DNA of 64,000 nucleotides from Trichoplax adhaerens (Eukaryota > Animalia > Placozoa): NCBI RefSeq assembly GCF_000150275.1, contig NW_002060943.1:9580209-9644208 (forward strand), given 5' to 3'. Below, piece after piece: positions 51,119 through 64,000 of the stretch. Under the pieces are notes generated by a model. That model had not been told where the DNA came from and searched no databases. It was given only the letters and a program-made list of their open reading frames with translations. Position 1 is the first letter of the stretch. Every line of letters begins with the position of its first letter. The position numbers and the translations under genes were made by a program.

Positions 51119-54100
51119 CTATTCTGATTCGGCTACTTCTGCTACTTCGGACACTTCCTTTTGTTTTCGTTGTAATTTCCTAGATGCGATACGGTCTTTA
51201 AGTTTCTGTTCCAGCGTTCTTTTCTCTAGTATCACAGAAGCTCTTTTGAAGATTGGCTTCGATTCGGCCTTTTGAGACAATAAAATTCGTTGTCATTTAC
51301 TCTCTTAGTATTTAGACACAAAAGTTAATGCAATGCTGCACTGTAATTCAGATACCGACTTGATACATTTACTGGTAATTATCCAATTTATGAATAAAAA
51401 TTAGCTTAAACTTAATTTAATGAGAGTGCTAATTTAGTGTACCTCTGTCTGCTCTGTGTGCTTTTGAATGAATGATTCTTGCATTCTTTGCGCTGCGCGC
51501 TCCATTCTTTCATCATTGTTAAGGTCTAAATTTTCATCACTTCCTAGAAGCTGATCGAAGCTTCGTGACTCAGCGTCAGGATTGTCTTCTCTTATCGTCA
51601 TAGAGGTCTGAGTTCGTTCGTACCGTACACGGGCTATCCTCTCTTGCAAAACAGTCTTTTGTCTCTCTCTTTCTTCCTGCATTTGTAAATAATTCAACAG
51701 ACGTGTAAACATTACGAATGCAATGTTACAATTCTCGTAATAACGCATATTAAGAGCATAGCACTAAATATCGGCAGTGTACGTATTATTAATTATTAAC
51801 CATGACAATAGTTTTTTGTCTTTCGCCCATGCCTAGCAGAGCATTCGCTTCCCCAACTCTTTTCGCTCGCATACTTTCCAGTTTTGCTTTAAGCTTCGAA
51901 GAATAGAAGATTATTATTATAATCAGTCATACTTATAAAGATCTATATCGCAATTTAGCATACAGACCTGATTTTGCTGTCGAAGTTTCTCTGATAGCCT
52001 TCTCTTCTGTAAATTGTCAGTATTGTGCTGAATTTTATCCAAAAGTTCCTTTTTCTTCTCTTCTGATACGTCGACATCAACAACTGTTCTTTCTCTTCTT
52101 AAACCTATATCCGCCTGTATTGCAGGAGAAATTAGTAGATTGGAATCTGTTATATATCTTATACGAATAGCGTTAAGAGAAACTAATCTGTATGTTGCAT
52201 AGTACGGTAGAAAATACAGCGCAAATGAAAGCTTCAGTTAAGTTAGGTCAGAGTATACGATGAGAAGTGATAACTAACAGGCAGCTGCATTTGTTGTGAT
52301 CGCCTCCTACTCTTCTTGGCTTGGATAGCATCCTGTTTCGATTTTTCAAGAATCTCCTTTTGCTTTTGCTCCAAGGTTCTCTTTCTCTCCTTTTTAGCAG
52401 CCAAACGATTTCGCAGCTTAAGAATTTAGGAAAAAATGTAATATATCATTTGGTCACGTTTTCTATTTCTTGTAAGTACAATGTAGTACAGCTATTTGTG
52501 ATTCTTACGATATCCTTTTGTCGATTTTTTTCATTTTTACTCGAATTCATTAAGGTAAGTTGTGTTTTTTCAGCCATGGCTATCATAGAATTAGCTACTT
52601 CATCTTCATAGTCTTTCAGCTGTCTTTTATAGCGTTTTTCTTCAAGTTTCTTTCTTGCTAAAGTCTTTTGGCGCTCCAATTCACTATTTAATGTCTTGAA
52701 TTAAAAAATAATACGGTAAAGACAAGTTACTTATATGGTCAATCAAATAATATTCATGCTGTTAAATTGTATACCGTTCTTTGAGCCTGATGCATCGCCT
52801 CTAGAAGTGATAAAGCTGCTACTAGGTCTTCTTCACTTTGCAAAGCCCTGGACCTTTCACATACTTCGGTCTTTTTATCTAATTCTGCAACAATCTCTTC
52901 ATCATCATCTGACAAATCTATGTCCGGTGGTACTGTTTCATTTGCATCTTTGGCTTTCTGTTGCCTTTGTTTATGTTCCTTACGAAGTCGCCTTTTCTCT
53001 AAAACTCTACGGTATACTAAGTGTTAGTAATCCAAATGCTCAAATACAAAATAAATCAGCGTTTAGCTTAAAATATGCGACGGACCTCTTTATACGGTTC
53101 TGATGGATCAGTTCCTGTTCACCTAATAGTGTCGAATCGTCCAATGTGTCCACTTGAAGCATTGCTATTGCCAGGTCACCATCATCAATAGAGCGAAAGT
53201 TTTTCATTTATTTTGGTTTTAATTTGTTCAAGTTGATTCTGCTTTTCAGCATCTCCTAGTAATTCTAAACATTGAATATCTTAGGAATTGGGAAGACAGT
53301 AATGAAGACAATAAATGATCTAAAAATACCTTGTGATGCAAGCACTTTCATAAGAGCGTCTTTGTCAGTCTCAAAGTTTTCGTTTAGCTTTAGTAGGTGA
53401 TTTTGAATTTCTTGTTGTGCTATCTGGGTTTCCTGTTCATCTGTATCATCTATATCATCATCTGCGGAGATAACACTAGGTGATAATACCACTTTAACTA
53501 AATTATCGTACCAGCCTTCTCGTCTTGAAATTTTTTGTTCAGTAGCAAAGCGATTAAGAAATGCTTCATCCTATTATTTAAAAGAATCGTCAGCAGATGT
53601 TTAATGCCGTATTCTTAGTTAGTTATAAAATTATCAGTTTCTTACCTTATCAACTAGATGCCTTTCAACAGCAGAATTTTCGGCAGTTTGTTTTTCTTGA
53701 AGATCGGTTAAAAGCGCTACCGAAATTTCTTCTTGCATTTCTTCTGGAGTCTTACTACTAACTTTAACCAGTTCGTTAACTCGGTTGCATATATTCAATA
53801 TAATCCTATAACGATTATATTAAGAACAGCATACTATTGTAGACATACTCCTGATTTAATATATCTTAAAACGATATAAGAGATTTTTATCAACATATCT
53901 ACCCTTCCTTTAGGATCTTTATATGTTGGGAGCGATATTCAACTACACGCTGTAGGTGGTTTTGCTTCTCGTGATCCGTTTGGATTACCTCCGGTACTTC
54001 ATCGAAAGCAGCTTCCATTGATTGCTCTTTCCACTCTGTCCTTAATACCCGTAAATCGCTCATTCTTTGATCTCGATCTAATTGACTCATCAGTGAGTAT

Positions 54101-57100
54101 GGTTCCATAATGCCTGCAGTAAAGACGCAAAATAACAGTTTGAAATAACTATAGCGGATATCACTAGAAAATGTTCAAAGATTATAATGATTTCGATCTG
54201 CTTATATAATAATTTCTAATAATTGTACTGTAGTATCATACTTAAATCGCTTTCGATTTCGCCAAGAATCTGAAATAAAAGCTCTTGTTCAGTCGCATGT
54301 TTCTTTTCTAGTTCGGATAGAACCACTTCATGGGAGCTTAACAGTCCTCCTTGCTTCATTCTACTGAGGTGAAGAACTTCATCTGCCAAAGATTTATTAA
54401 GGGAATCAACATTTTACATGCAGTATTAATATCATTACTATATAAGAAGTTGCCTATTTATTAGTATCATTTTATGAACCTCTTTCGTCACTTTCGGCTT
54501 CTTGTTTAAGGTTTGCTTCTACAACTTTGACGTCGTCAACAACTGATCCTTTCTTTTGCTTTAAGAGCAACCTACGCTGTGCAAGTCTTCCTCTTGCAAG
54601 TTCTTCTTGTCGCGCACGAGATTTCTTAAAGCTTTATCGGATAATAACATAGTTTAAGGCTCTTGCTTGAATAGGATAGTTCGTAATTAAGTAACTATGA
54701 TACGACACGATGTTTGAATTATACCTTTCTTCTCTGGCAGCTTCTTGTGATGCTGCAATACTAAAAACAAGAGCCGCTGATTCAAACTTATCTTCTCGAG
54801 CAACTTTTTTTTGCTGCCGTCGAATCTTAGCTAACATCAACTGACGATCTTTTTCGCTTTGGTATTTGTTGTTAGCGCTACGAAGAGAAGACAGCAACGC
54901 TTCTTTTTCGTTGTCGAAGTTGGCTTGTAGATTGATAATGGCATTTTTCGTTATCGTCTCATCTAATAGTGATAAAATACACAATCAAAATTCTATGACC
55001 ATGAAGAAACCTATAGGAAAATCCTTCAAATACGAACGGTCTTCATTCTCTTCCTCCAAAGTGTCTAGATTAGAATTTAAGCGATCGTGATCTTTTCTCT
55101 TCGAAGGTTCTCTAGGAAGGCCAAAAGTACTACCAAAACTTGCTAAGGTTTCCTTTGATAAACCTGAAAGAGTTGTTAACTTTAATTTTTCCTTTAATTA
55201 ACAATAGCTACTTCCTACTAATTGTCTGCAAAATGATCCCAATGATAATTTATAATTTGAAAGCAGCAAGAATCATCGACCTTTTATCGATAACGCAGCG
55301 GCTTCTTCTAATCTACCGCTTTCACGAAGTTTCTTTTCTTCTATCTTTAATTTTACGAGTTGTTCATTCCTTTCTTTTTCGCTTAATTTCATCCAAGCGG
55401 CTTCTCCTCCAGCTTGTGCTTTTAATACTTCCATTAACAATTTATCTCGAAAAGTATCGTATTTCTCCTCCAAAGCATTAACAAGTGCCTCATCATTTAA
55501 TTCTGTTGATTTGGCGGATTCCTTCATTACTGCACCGAACAGAACCGAAGCGATGTCATCGAACCAACCTCCTTTTATGGCCATAGAGTAAGCACCGTAC
55601 AACTTTTTCAAGTTTGGCAGATTCTGTAATAGTGCGAATAGTATTTTACCGAAAAACGAATTCAATTTCGTTCCTAAGGTTAGGTATTACAAAGGTACAA
55701 CGAAAGTCGCGGCAATTATTAAGCTACTCGTATTGCAAAGATTACTGTACCTGACTATCGATTTCTTTAGATAAATTTTGTACTTCACCATCTTGCCTTT
55801 GTTGTAGATCGGCTAAAATACTCACACAAATGTCACGATAGTCTAGTTTGGACCCACCTTCGCTACTTGCACGATGGTAATCATTCACCAATCGCAAGCC
55901 AGCAGCCTCTGTTTTAGTAAATTTATTAGATGGTTATTTTATATAAAGAAATACTGTAATTTTGTCATATTTATTATTTTACCATTAAAGATTGAATCTT
56001 GCTCTTCTCCAGCCTTTAAAGAATCGCTAGCAGACATGAACATCTTTTGCCATATTTGCATCAAAAGAGTTAACCTTTGATTTCGTCCCTCAGCTGATAA
56101 TGCCTTTGCTTGTAAGTTTTCAAACCCATGGGACTCAATTTTATTTAATATTCGAATAAGTACGTCTCTTTCAACGTTGTGCTTAATGTCGATATTTTGC
56201 AAAATAGCTTCCTGCAGTGAGCCTAAGCTTTCAGTATCAACTGTCATTTTCTGTGTGCTAGTGGAATTTGAACGTAATTTTTTTTTTCTTGCAGCTAGTC
56301 GCTCACGCGCTAGATGTTCCTGACGCTGTCGATTCAACTGTTCTCTGTCGAAGCATGGCAGTAAAACTCGCATTAAGACATTAACTGATATTTGCTAAGT
56401 ACTGTATACAGTATACTATTTATTTATAACAATATAACATCATAAACATACGCTTTATTTGCTGCCTCATTTTGACTTTGTGCGAGTGTTAGAGCCAATA
56501 AAGCAGCATCGAATTGATCTTCTTGGCGCGCTCTTCTTTGTTCTCTTTTAAGTCTAGCGAGCTGCATCTGTCGTTCTTTTTCACTTAGCATTTGACCTTC
56601 GGCATTTGATAGCCCAGCCATCAGAGCGGCCTTATCGTCTTCATAGCAATCTTTCAGATTACGTAACAATCCTACTATCGATTTATCCTCGTTCTGAAGT
56701 TTTAATTTACGATTATATTCTTCATCTTCTTTCTTTTCCAGTTTGTCCACCTCACTTTCAGACATTCCCTCGGATAGTCTCTTTTAGGGTAAATATAAGA
56801 ATTGGCTAAATTAAAAACTTTACATCGCTAATTACACATAAATTTAGCTACCTGCTTTCTCTTTTTCAATCTCTCTTGTAACCGCTGCTCATGTTTCAAT
56901 TTACTATCCATTAGTAGCCCCTGGACATTGGATTCTGCTTCGGCATTCAGCTCAAGAATATTAGCCAATTCATCGTAACGATTTTCCTGTCGTAATTTTC
57001 GTTCTTGCCGCTTTAACTTCATAAGCCTTAATTGCCTTTCTTGCTCTGAAAGTTTCTTCCATTGTGCATCTCCTTTAATGATTATAAATTCAAAATAACA

Positions 57101-60100
57101 AAATATAAACTAGTTCTAGGTGGTTATATAATAATACCAATATAAGCGGTCAAAAATTAAATTAATTTTATTTTACCTAATTGTTTAGCTAAGGCTTCTG
57201 CCAATAACTTATCCCTTAATGCATCATATTTGCCGTTTAAGGCTTCCGTAATTTGAGATTCACCGGCGAACTTGGAAGGTTCCGCATTAAATAACACTGA
57301 GTTAACATTCTGGTACGTCATTTCTTTTAATCTCTGCAGCTGTTTTTCATGAATGCTTTTAATTTCACTTTCGTTCTAAGGGTATTGAAATATAACTAGT
57401 TAATAAATGTTATTATTATTACTGAAAAAGAATTGTGTCACCTTTCGTGCTAACTGGGATATTATTTTATCGATTTCTGTTTGTTGTATTTCATTCAGAT
57501 CCGCAAGAAGAGATACTATGACGTCATCATTGGTTATACTGGCGATCTTCCTTTCACCAATTAAGGTACTTTTCCTACATTCAATTTTGATTACTGCGGC
57601 CTCCGCTAAAATATTCCAGTAGATACCTTGCTCTCCTAAAGCAATTAGTTAATAGCAACTATTTATCGTAAGATCTATCAAAAATAAAAGTATATTTAGA
57701 TTAAATATACGCGTATCTCATGAGATTGAAGCGCGTTGGTAAATAGAGTAACAAAATTAAAGTATATTTATTATTGATGTAATAGATTGATAGTCTTGAA
57801 CGATTTAAGCAGTGAGTGCACAATACAGTATATGGTCTGCTGGTTTATTGTTCCGTTATAATATTTAGAATTATAGCTTAATAAATTATAGATACTAATT
57901 GATTAGTTTATACGATAATGGATCTAACGGTATCTTCGGCATAGCTAGTTGTAATAAATTAAAGTAATAGTTTACTGGCAATAAGGAACACAATGAACTA
58001 CCTGTACCGTTACATGCTGAAAACTGACTTTGATAAGTCTAGCGTATTGTTGGTTATTGAAACTGTAAAAAATTCGTATGCAATACAGCTGTCTTACTAT
58101 TTAAATTTGCGATACCATACCGATATGCCTTCTACTGTACAAGTCTATTTAAACCTACAGTAGAGGGCGGCAGTGTGTGCAAAAGTAGCAATAAATAGGG
58201 TAAATTGCGGTATTATTCTAAGATAGTCATAGGTGACTATAAAGCGAAACTAAACTTATGGGTGTCAGGATGATAATATACCCGTATAATAAGTACTGCA
58301 TATCCATGACATTAGATTTATCCAAAAAACAAGGCATTTTATCCTTGCTGTCTGTAATATCCGTTAGTATCATGGCTATACATTATGATACTGGTTACAA
58401 TCCAATTTTGTACTTCTTTTGTAACATGTTGTCCGCTAACCACCGCTAAGTAAGTAAAATTCATAATGGAACTTCTGTACAAACATCTATAGAAAGTTGT
58501 ATTATCATACCCTCTTCATCCGGTGAAATAGTATCAAGCCTTATTAGCAAATCTTGTAGTTTACACTCTCTTTCGTCTTCAGACATGATTTCAATCATCT
58601 CAATTATAACGCTTTCACGCTCTTTCGATAAAAGATCCACGAAGAACTTGCGCTCTTCGATATGCTTGATTTCAGTCGCTGAAATAAGCGTATTTTGCAT
58701 CTGAACAAGATCTGTGTATTTCGGATCAGAAATTTCAACTTCTTGCATCTTTCGGGCGGGCAAGGTTGATCGCGTATATACTTTTCCTTTTAAGCGTTTT
58801 TCGGCGAGTCTTTCTTGCCGATATCTGTCATATTTAAGTCTGCATAACAAGATTCATAGTATAAAAAATCAAGTTGAGAATGTAATTGCAGTATGCGCAA
58901 ATACTGTAGTATGATCATTGACCAATGCACGGATGTCATGAACTGCGTTTGTATTTCTATTTAAACAGTACAAAGTTAAGCAAACTGGAACCGTAGCGAT
59001 CTAATTACATCATATCCAAATTTATTAATGTAAGTAAAATGCTATCACACTGACGTGAGGTTATCATTATACGTGCAGTTCCCTATAAATCATTAATGCA
59101 CGTATACCATGCAGTCTTAGTTTGTCAACCGCACACCGTATGCCGCTACATGAAAGTATAGTTTTTGATGTAAAATAATACTCAATCTGATGTCTAAACG
59201 CCAAAATCTGTGTAAATAGTGAGTGCTAAATGCTCTATAGATTCTATCTACACAATTTGGATCCATCAATACAGGTTTGGTGAAGTAGTTGGTCAGTTTG
59301 GCAACTTACCAATTTTAGTAATTATAATCTAAACCTAAATGCGATGTATCAAAGAATGATGGATAACTTACAAACTATAATTTGTATTTGTCTCTATTCG
59401 TACTTCAGTGGTTAAAGGAGTCAAATTGACTACAATAAATATATTATTATAAGATTTACCGTACCGAAATAAGGTACTGCATTGAGGATTAAAATTAGTG
59501 CTACATATATGCAAGAAATTTATATAGACTTCGTAATCATTCAGTTTTGTAAGATCGTGAATCATGATCATTCACATTCTTTAATACAGCTTTAAGTTCA
59601 TAATTTCATGCATTTGACGGCGTAGCTTTCATAGTATTTCTCAAAAACGTTATGATTCTGAGTTATGAACATGAGCAATACTAAGAATTTAATAACTAGA
59701 GGGAATTTTAGCGATATTATGCGAACTGCAAAGCTAATTATATAGCTAAATAATGATCAATGAATGTCATTTTACGGTATCAGTATACCTGTCAACGGTT
59801 GTTGCCTGACTACGTTCAAGAAGTCCTAATTGGATCGCTGCAGCGTCAAAATCATGTTCTTGTTGTGCCATACGAGATTCTCGACGAAGTCTAACTAGTT
59901 CTACTTGTCGTTCCCTTTCGGTGAGAACGTAATTGTCTGCTCCACGTAACCTAACAATACAGTAATGATCACATGAAATTTCTTACTGAACATAAATACT
60001 TAAAATTGCTATACCTAAACCTTCAATTAATAGAATTCCATACAAAATCACATTCTTAGTAATTGCATTTGTGCTAGTGATACCGTATAAGTGAACTTTT

Positions 60101-63100
60101 ACTGTCCCTGTTTTCGTTATAATAATATTAATCAATGAAATAAAATTACTAAAGGTTTAAATAATAACTAGTAGCTTGCAGTTACGTAATATACTGTGCT
60201 GTACAGTGAACAATACTGTACCTATCCGATAGTGCTTCCTTTTCTTCCTTGAGTCTGTTATCTAGATCCAATAATAGTTCTTTTGTACAAGATTTCTCTT
60301 CGTTAAAAGTCTCTTCCAACTCTGATTCTGAGTTGTCTTCTTTATCTTGTCCTTGCAGCATTCTTAACCTGCGCTTTTCTAACCTTTCTTTCAGTTGACT
60401 TTCATAAGAAGGTCTGCTCTCACCCATAAGTTTTTTTAAGTTGGATTCTATCGCAAATCCGTCACCTACAATCATAAATGAGTAACATTTCTGTCAACTT
60501 CATACTAGTTTGCATGAAAGCATATCATGTAACTAACTTTCCATCAGGTTAGTCGATGTACAGTGATGAAATAGCATCAGTTATAAGAAAAGTGGAGCAA
60601 TTAAGTTTCAGTGCATAGCAACAGAATATCCAAATCAATAGTAACAATTACTTCAAGTTAAAATCATGCAGTGATCATGTAGTTCCATTGAGAAAAAAGC
60701 TGCATGTGGGCCTGATATGAAGTTACGGTGTATGAACATATAGTATATGAGAAAACTAATATAATATTTTCTTCTACGGACACCATATACTACTATAGAA
60801 TATACATTACCTAAGAGCGCAGCGGCATCATCGTAGCGTCCCTCGCGTACTAGCTTCTTTTCCTCAAATTTCAGTTGTACAAGACGTTGTTGCCTATCTT
60901 TCTCAGAGAGAGTGGTCCAGCTATCATCTCCGAATTGTTGTATTAATACTTCTTCCAATAACTTATCTTTAAGTGATTCATATTTTTTTTCCAATGCGCT
61001 GATAATATAATCATCATCAGCTGCCCCTTCATACTTTGTAATTATGTTTGCTACATTCTCAGCCGTACGATCTTGTCTAGCTTCTATTTGCTTAGCTCTT
61101 TGCTGTATTAGTTCTTCCATACTCTGTATTTAGTTCGTTAATATTTTAACAGCTTAATTATTTTAATCATTAATAAAATGTACATTAATACGGTTATCAA
61201 ATATCGTAATACAACAAAGGTATTTACAGATTGCATTATTCGTGAAGACATCTCTTCTGATTCCTTAGAATGGTTGATCTGTAGATCAGCCATAATTGAA
61301 GCATATACGGTATTATCGTCAACCAAGGTTCCATTTTCAAATTCCATCTTCATCTTTCTACTGGCATACTTCACTAAAGCAGCTTCTTGTAAAATATTGA
61401 GAATCTCTTCTCGATCAACTATAAAGAATTTACGAATCTTCGTTATTCCTACGTGTAATGAAATACACGAGCTCGCTAAAACGTATTCGAAGCTTACTCT
61501 CATTTGCTCGTACGATCGCATCATAGTTCCCACGTAACTCAACGAGACATTCTTGCCTTTTGCTCTCTTCCATCTTGACGGCTGCAATTTTGAGAGTATT
61601 TAAACTAGACTCTCCACTTTCTTCATCTTGCATTAGTTGCAATAATAATTCCCTCTCCATGCAGTGTTTTTTCTCCATTTCCTTCAAGACAGAGTCACGC
61701 CAGCCAACAATATCACCCTCTTCTGGTTCTAATTCTTCATCAATAATAATTTTTTTACCATTTCTTGCTTTTCTCTCAGCCAGACGTTCCAATGCCAATT
61801 TTTCCTGTCGCTTACGATCTCCCTGTAGTCTGCATATACAATAATGTTTAGTAACGAAGGATTAACATCATGATTTTTAATGAACTACCTTTCATTAGCA
61901 GCAGCCTGATTACGTTCAGCCAATCCTAGCATCATCGCGGCAGTATCGAATCTATCTTCCATTTGCCCTTTGCGTGTCTCAAGCCGTAAGCGTAAGAGCT
62001 CAGCTTGCCTTTCTCGTTCTGACATGGCTTGACCTTCCGCACCGTGCAGCATAGCCAATAGCGCCTCTTTTTCAGCGTTAAAGCGGGCTTCCAGGTCATC
62101 CAGTAAGTTTACATTACTATGTACTTGATTATCCTCCGGCAATTCGCCTTCTTCCATCTCGATCTTATCGAGATCATTTCCTTCTATAATCAGTTGTTTA
62201 CGACGTGCCAGTCTATTTACAAAGATTTTCTATGTTACAGGACGTTTGCTTACCTGTGAATTACTTGAAAGTACTTAATCATTCCTACCTATCCTTGAGC
62301 TGTTGGTCATACATGGCACGATTATGACCCATTAGTTGGTTGAGCTGTTCATGATTCTTGATGCTTTCACCTAAAAGTCTTGCTACTTCGTCGAATTTAC
62401 CTTCATTTCTAAGTTTCCGTTCTTCCAGCTTTAACTTCATTAGTCTGGCCTGCCTTTCTCGTTCAGATAATTTAGCCCATTCAGCATCACCCATTTGCTA
62501 TTGTCAAAAATTATAAAATTATGCATACAAATACTTATACGATCAATTATGTACAACCGACTTGATTTTGTTATTATTATAATATATAGTATAAATAAGA
62601 AATCATCACTTTTATGTTGTAAGAATATAAAGTTACATGTACTGGAAGTGATGTATGGGCCCCTTAAGTATTACCAAAAAATCCATAGATTGCAATTACC
62701 GTTTTAAGAGCATCTAGGATTAACTTTTCTTTCAGCATATCGTATTTTTCTTCTAGAGCCTTTACCAATTCGACTTCCTCTTTAGTTCTGACCACGTCAG
62801 TTTTCAAAACAAGTGATGATACATTGTCTAACAAATCTTCTTGGCGTGCAGATAGAAATTCATTTCTGATGTCTATTAGCTCTTGATTTGACTAAATACG
62901 AAATAATAAATGTAGATGATTCGTTACTTATTCAGACATTGTTATTCTGATAATGCAGTACTTTTCTTGAAATGAGTGTAACCTTTTCGGCAACATCGGT
63001 AAGAAAACGCTCACACTCTTGGTCTTGCATGCATTGTAATTCGGCTAACATTGCAACTGCTACATCTACTTCTCTATCATTCGCTTTAATATCTCTAGCG

Positions 63101-64000
63101 TTCTCGTAATAAATCGCAGTTGCTTCCTGTAAGATCTGATGATTCTATCAAATTCAAAGCGAAAAATCCTTAGATGGACATTTTCATTAATACTTATCAA
63201 GCGGTGAATAAAGTTCTTGTATGACTATATTCATAATAATTATATATTATCGAAGGGCGTTATCAATTGTAACAAAACATGGAAATACTTGTGTTTTCCT
63301 GGCAATTCTTTCTTCTTCGCTACTTTCACGCCACTTGCGCCTTTTAATTTTGAGTAAAGAGTATTGGTTTTGTCTCTCTTCGATGTTCATTTTTCGAACG
63401 TTCGACCTCACGGAAAGACTCTCTGAGCCCTGTAACATTTCAATGAATTTGTTTCTTTCATGTGCTTGCTTTTGTTCTAGAGTTCGAACAGTTGCTTCTA
63501 GAAGGTCAACAACTCCATATTCATCATAGAGATTCATATCTACTTCATCAATTTGAGACATTGTAGGAGTGTCTCCTCTCCTTCTTTCGGATAATCGCTC
63601 ATGTGCTAATTTTTCTTGCCTAATTTGATCCAAAACTAGCCTAGAATTTCATTAAACAGAAGATACAGGTCTCTTAGATTCAATTTTTATCATAAGGCGT
63701 ATGGTACAGCGGATTCATACACAATGATAAAACAACTATTTCCAATATGAAGCTTATTTTGAAGGCATATGCAGAGTACTTAGATAATAGTAGTTAACGA
63801 ACAAGAATTTTACGTCACTGAAATAAATCTAATCTTATTTTTTGGTAAATTTTAAATTGTGCTTTTAATATCATCTATATTATCATCTAAACAACTGTAA
63901 TGATTTCGTTTCGTAATTAAATATGAGGTATGATAGTACACTGACAACATCCATTCAGAGCTTAAAGTAACTGATTAAACTTAAGAATTGGTAAAATTTT
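51119..64000 (-). CDS. Very large charged alpha-helical/coiled-coil protein with tandem internal repeats (5'-truncated; most upstream in-window exon starts ~63640)
   Basis: More than 25 GT-AG exons with E/K/R/L/Q-rich frames. Recurring motif ALEEKYD.L(K/R)DKLL...W..LSE.ERQ.RL.KLK.EE.KL...G..D. Terminal exon ...LEQKLKDRIASRKLQRKQKEVSEVAEVAESE* (stop 51119-51121). Confidence 0.9.

Noticed and set aside
52321-63529. Plus-strand ORFs opposite the giant gene (also 19110-19331, 29666-29881, 50415-50672)
   Set aside because: These are antisense shadows of real exons.

Overview
AT-rich, gene-dense eukaryotic DNA with many short (~70-100 nt) GT-AG introns. Together with abundant ACAGT/TACAG pentamer tracts, this suggests a placozoan (Trichoplax-like) genome; the taxon is my inference. 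Genes in order: 3' part of a WD40 protein (WDR87/97-like, +), PDHB (-), RPS23 (-), SAR1 (-), PSMD6/Rpn7 (+), PXK (-), a LAP2/thymopoietin-like LEM protein (+), QARS (-), a claret/GLO-4-like RCC1-repeat protein (+), and the 3' part of a very large coiled-coil protein made of nested internal repeats (-). Main observations: (1) self-complementary TACAG/CTGTA arrays lie upstream of every gene start in the window; (2) a five-copy composite repeat sits in the PXK/LAP2 divergent promoter; (3) the giant protein has a two-level repeat structure; (4) two candidate small spliced transcripts are missed by the ORF track. Exon boundaries were read by eye and may be off by a few bases.
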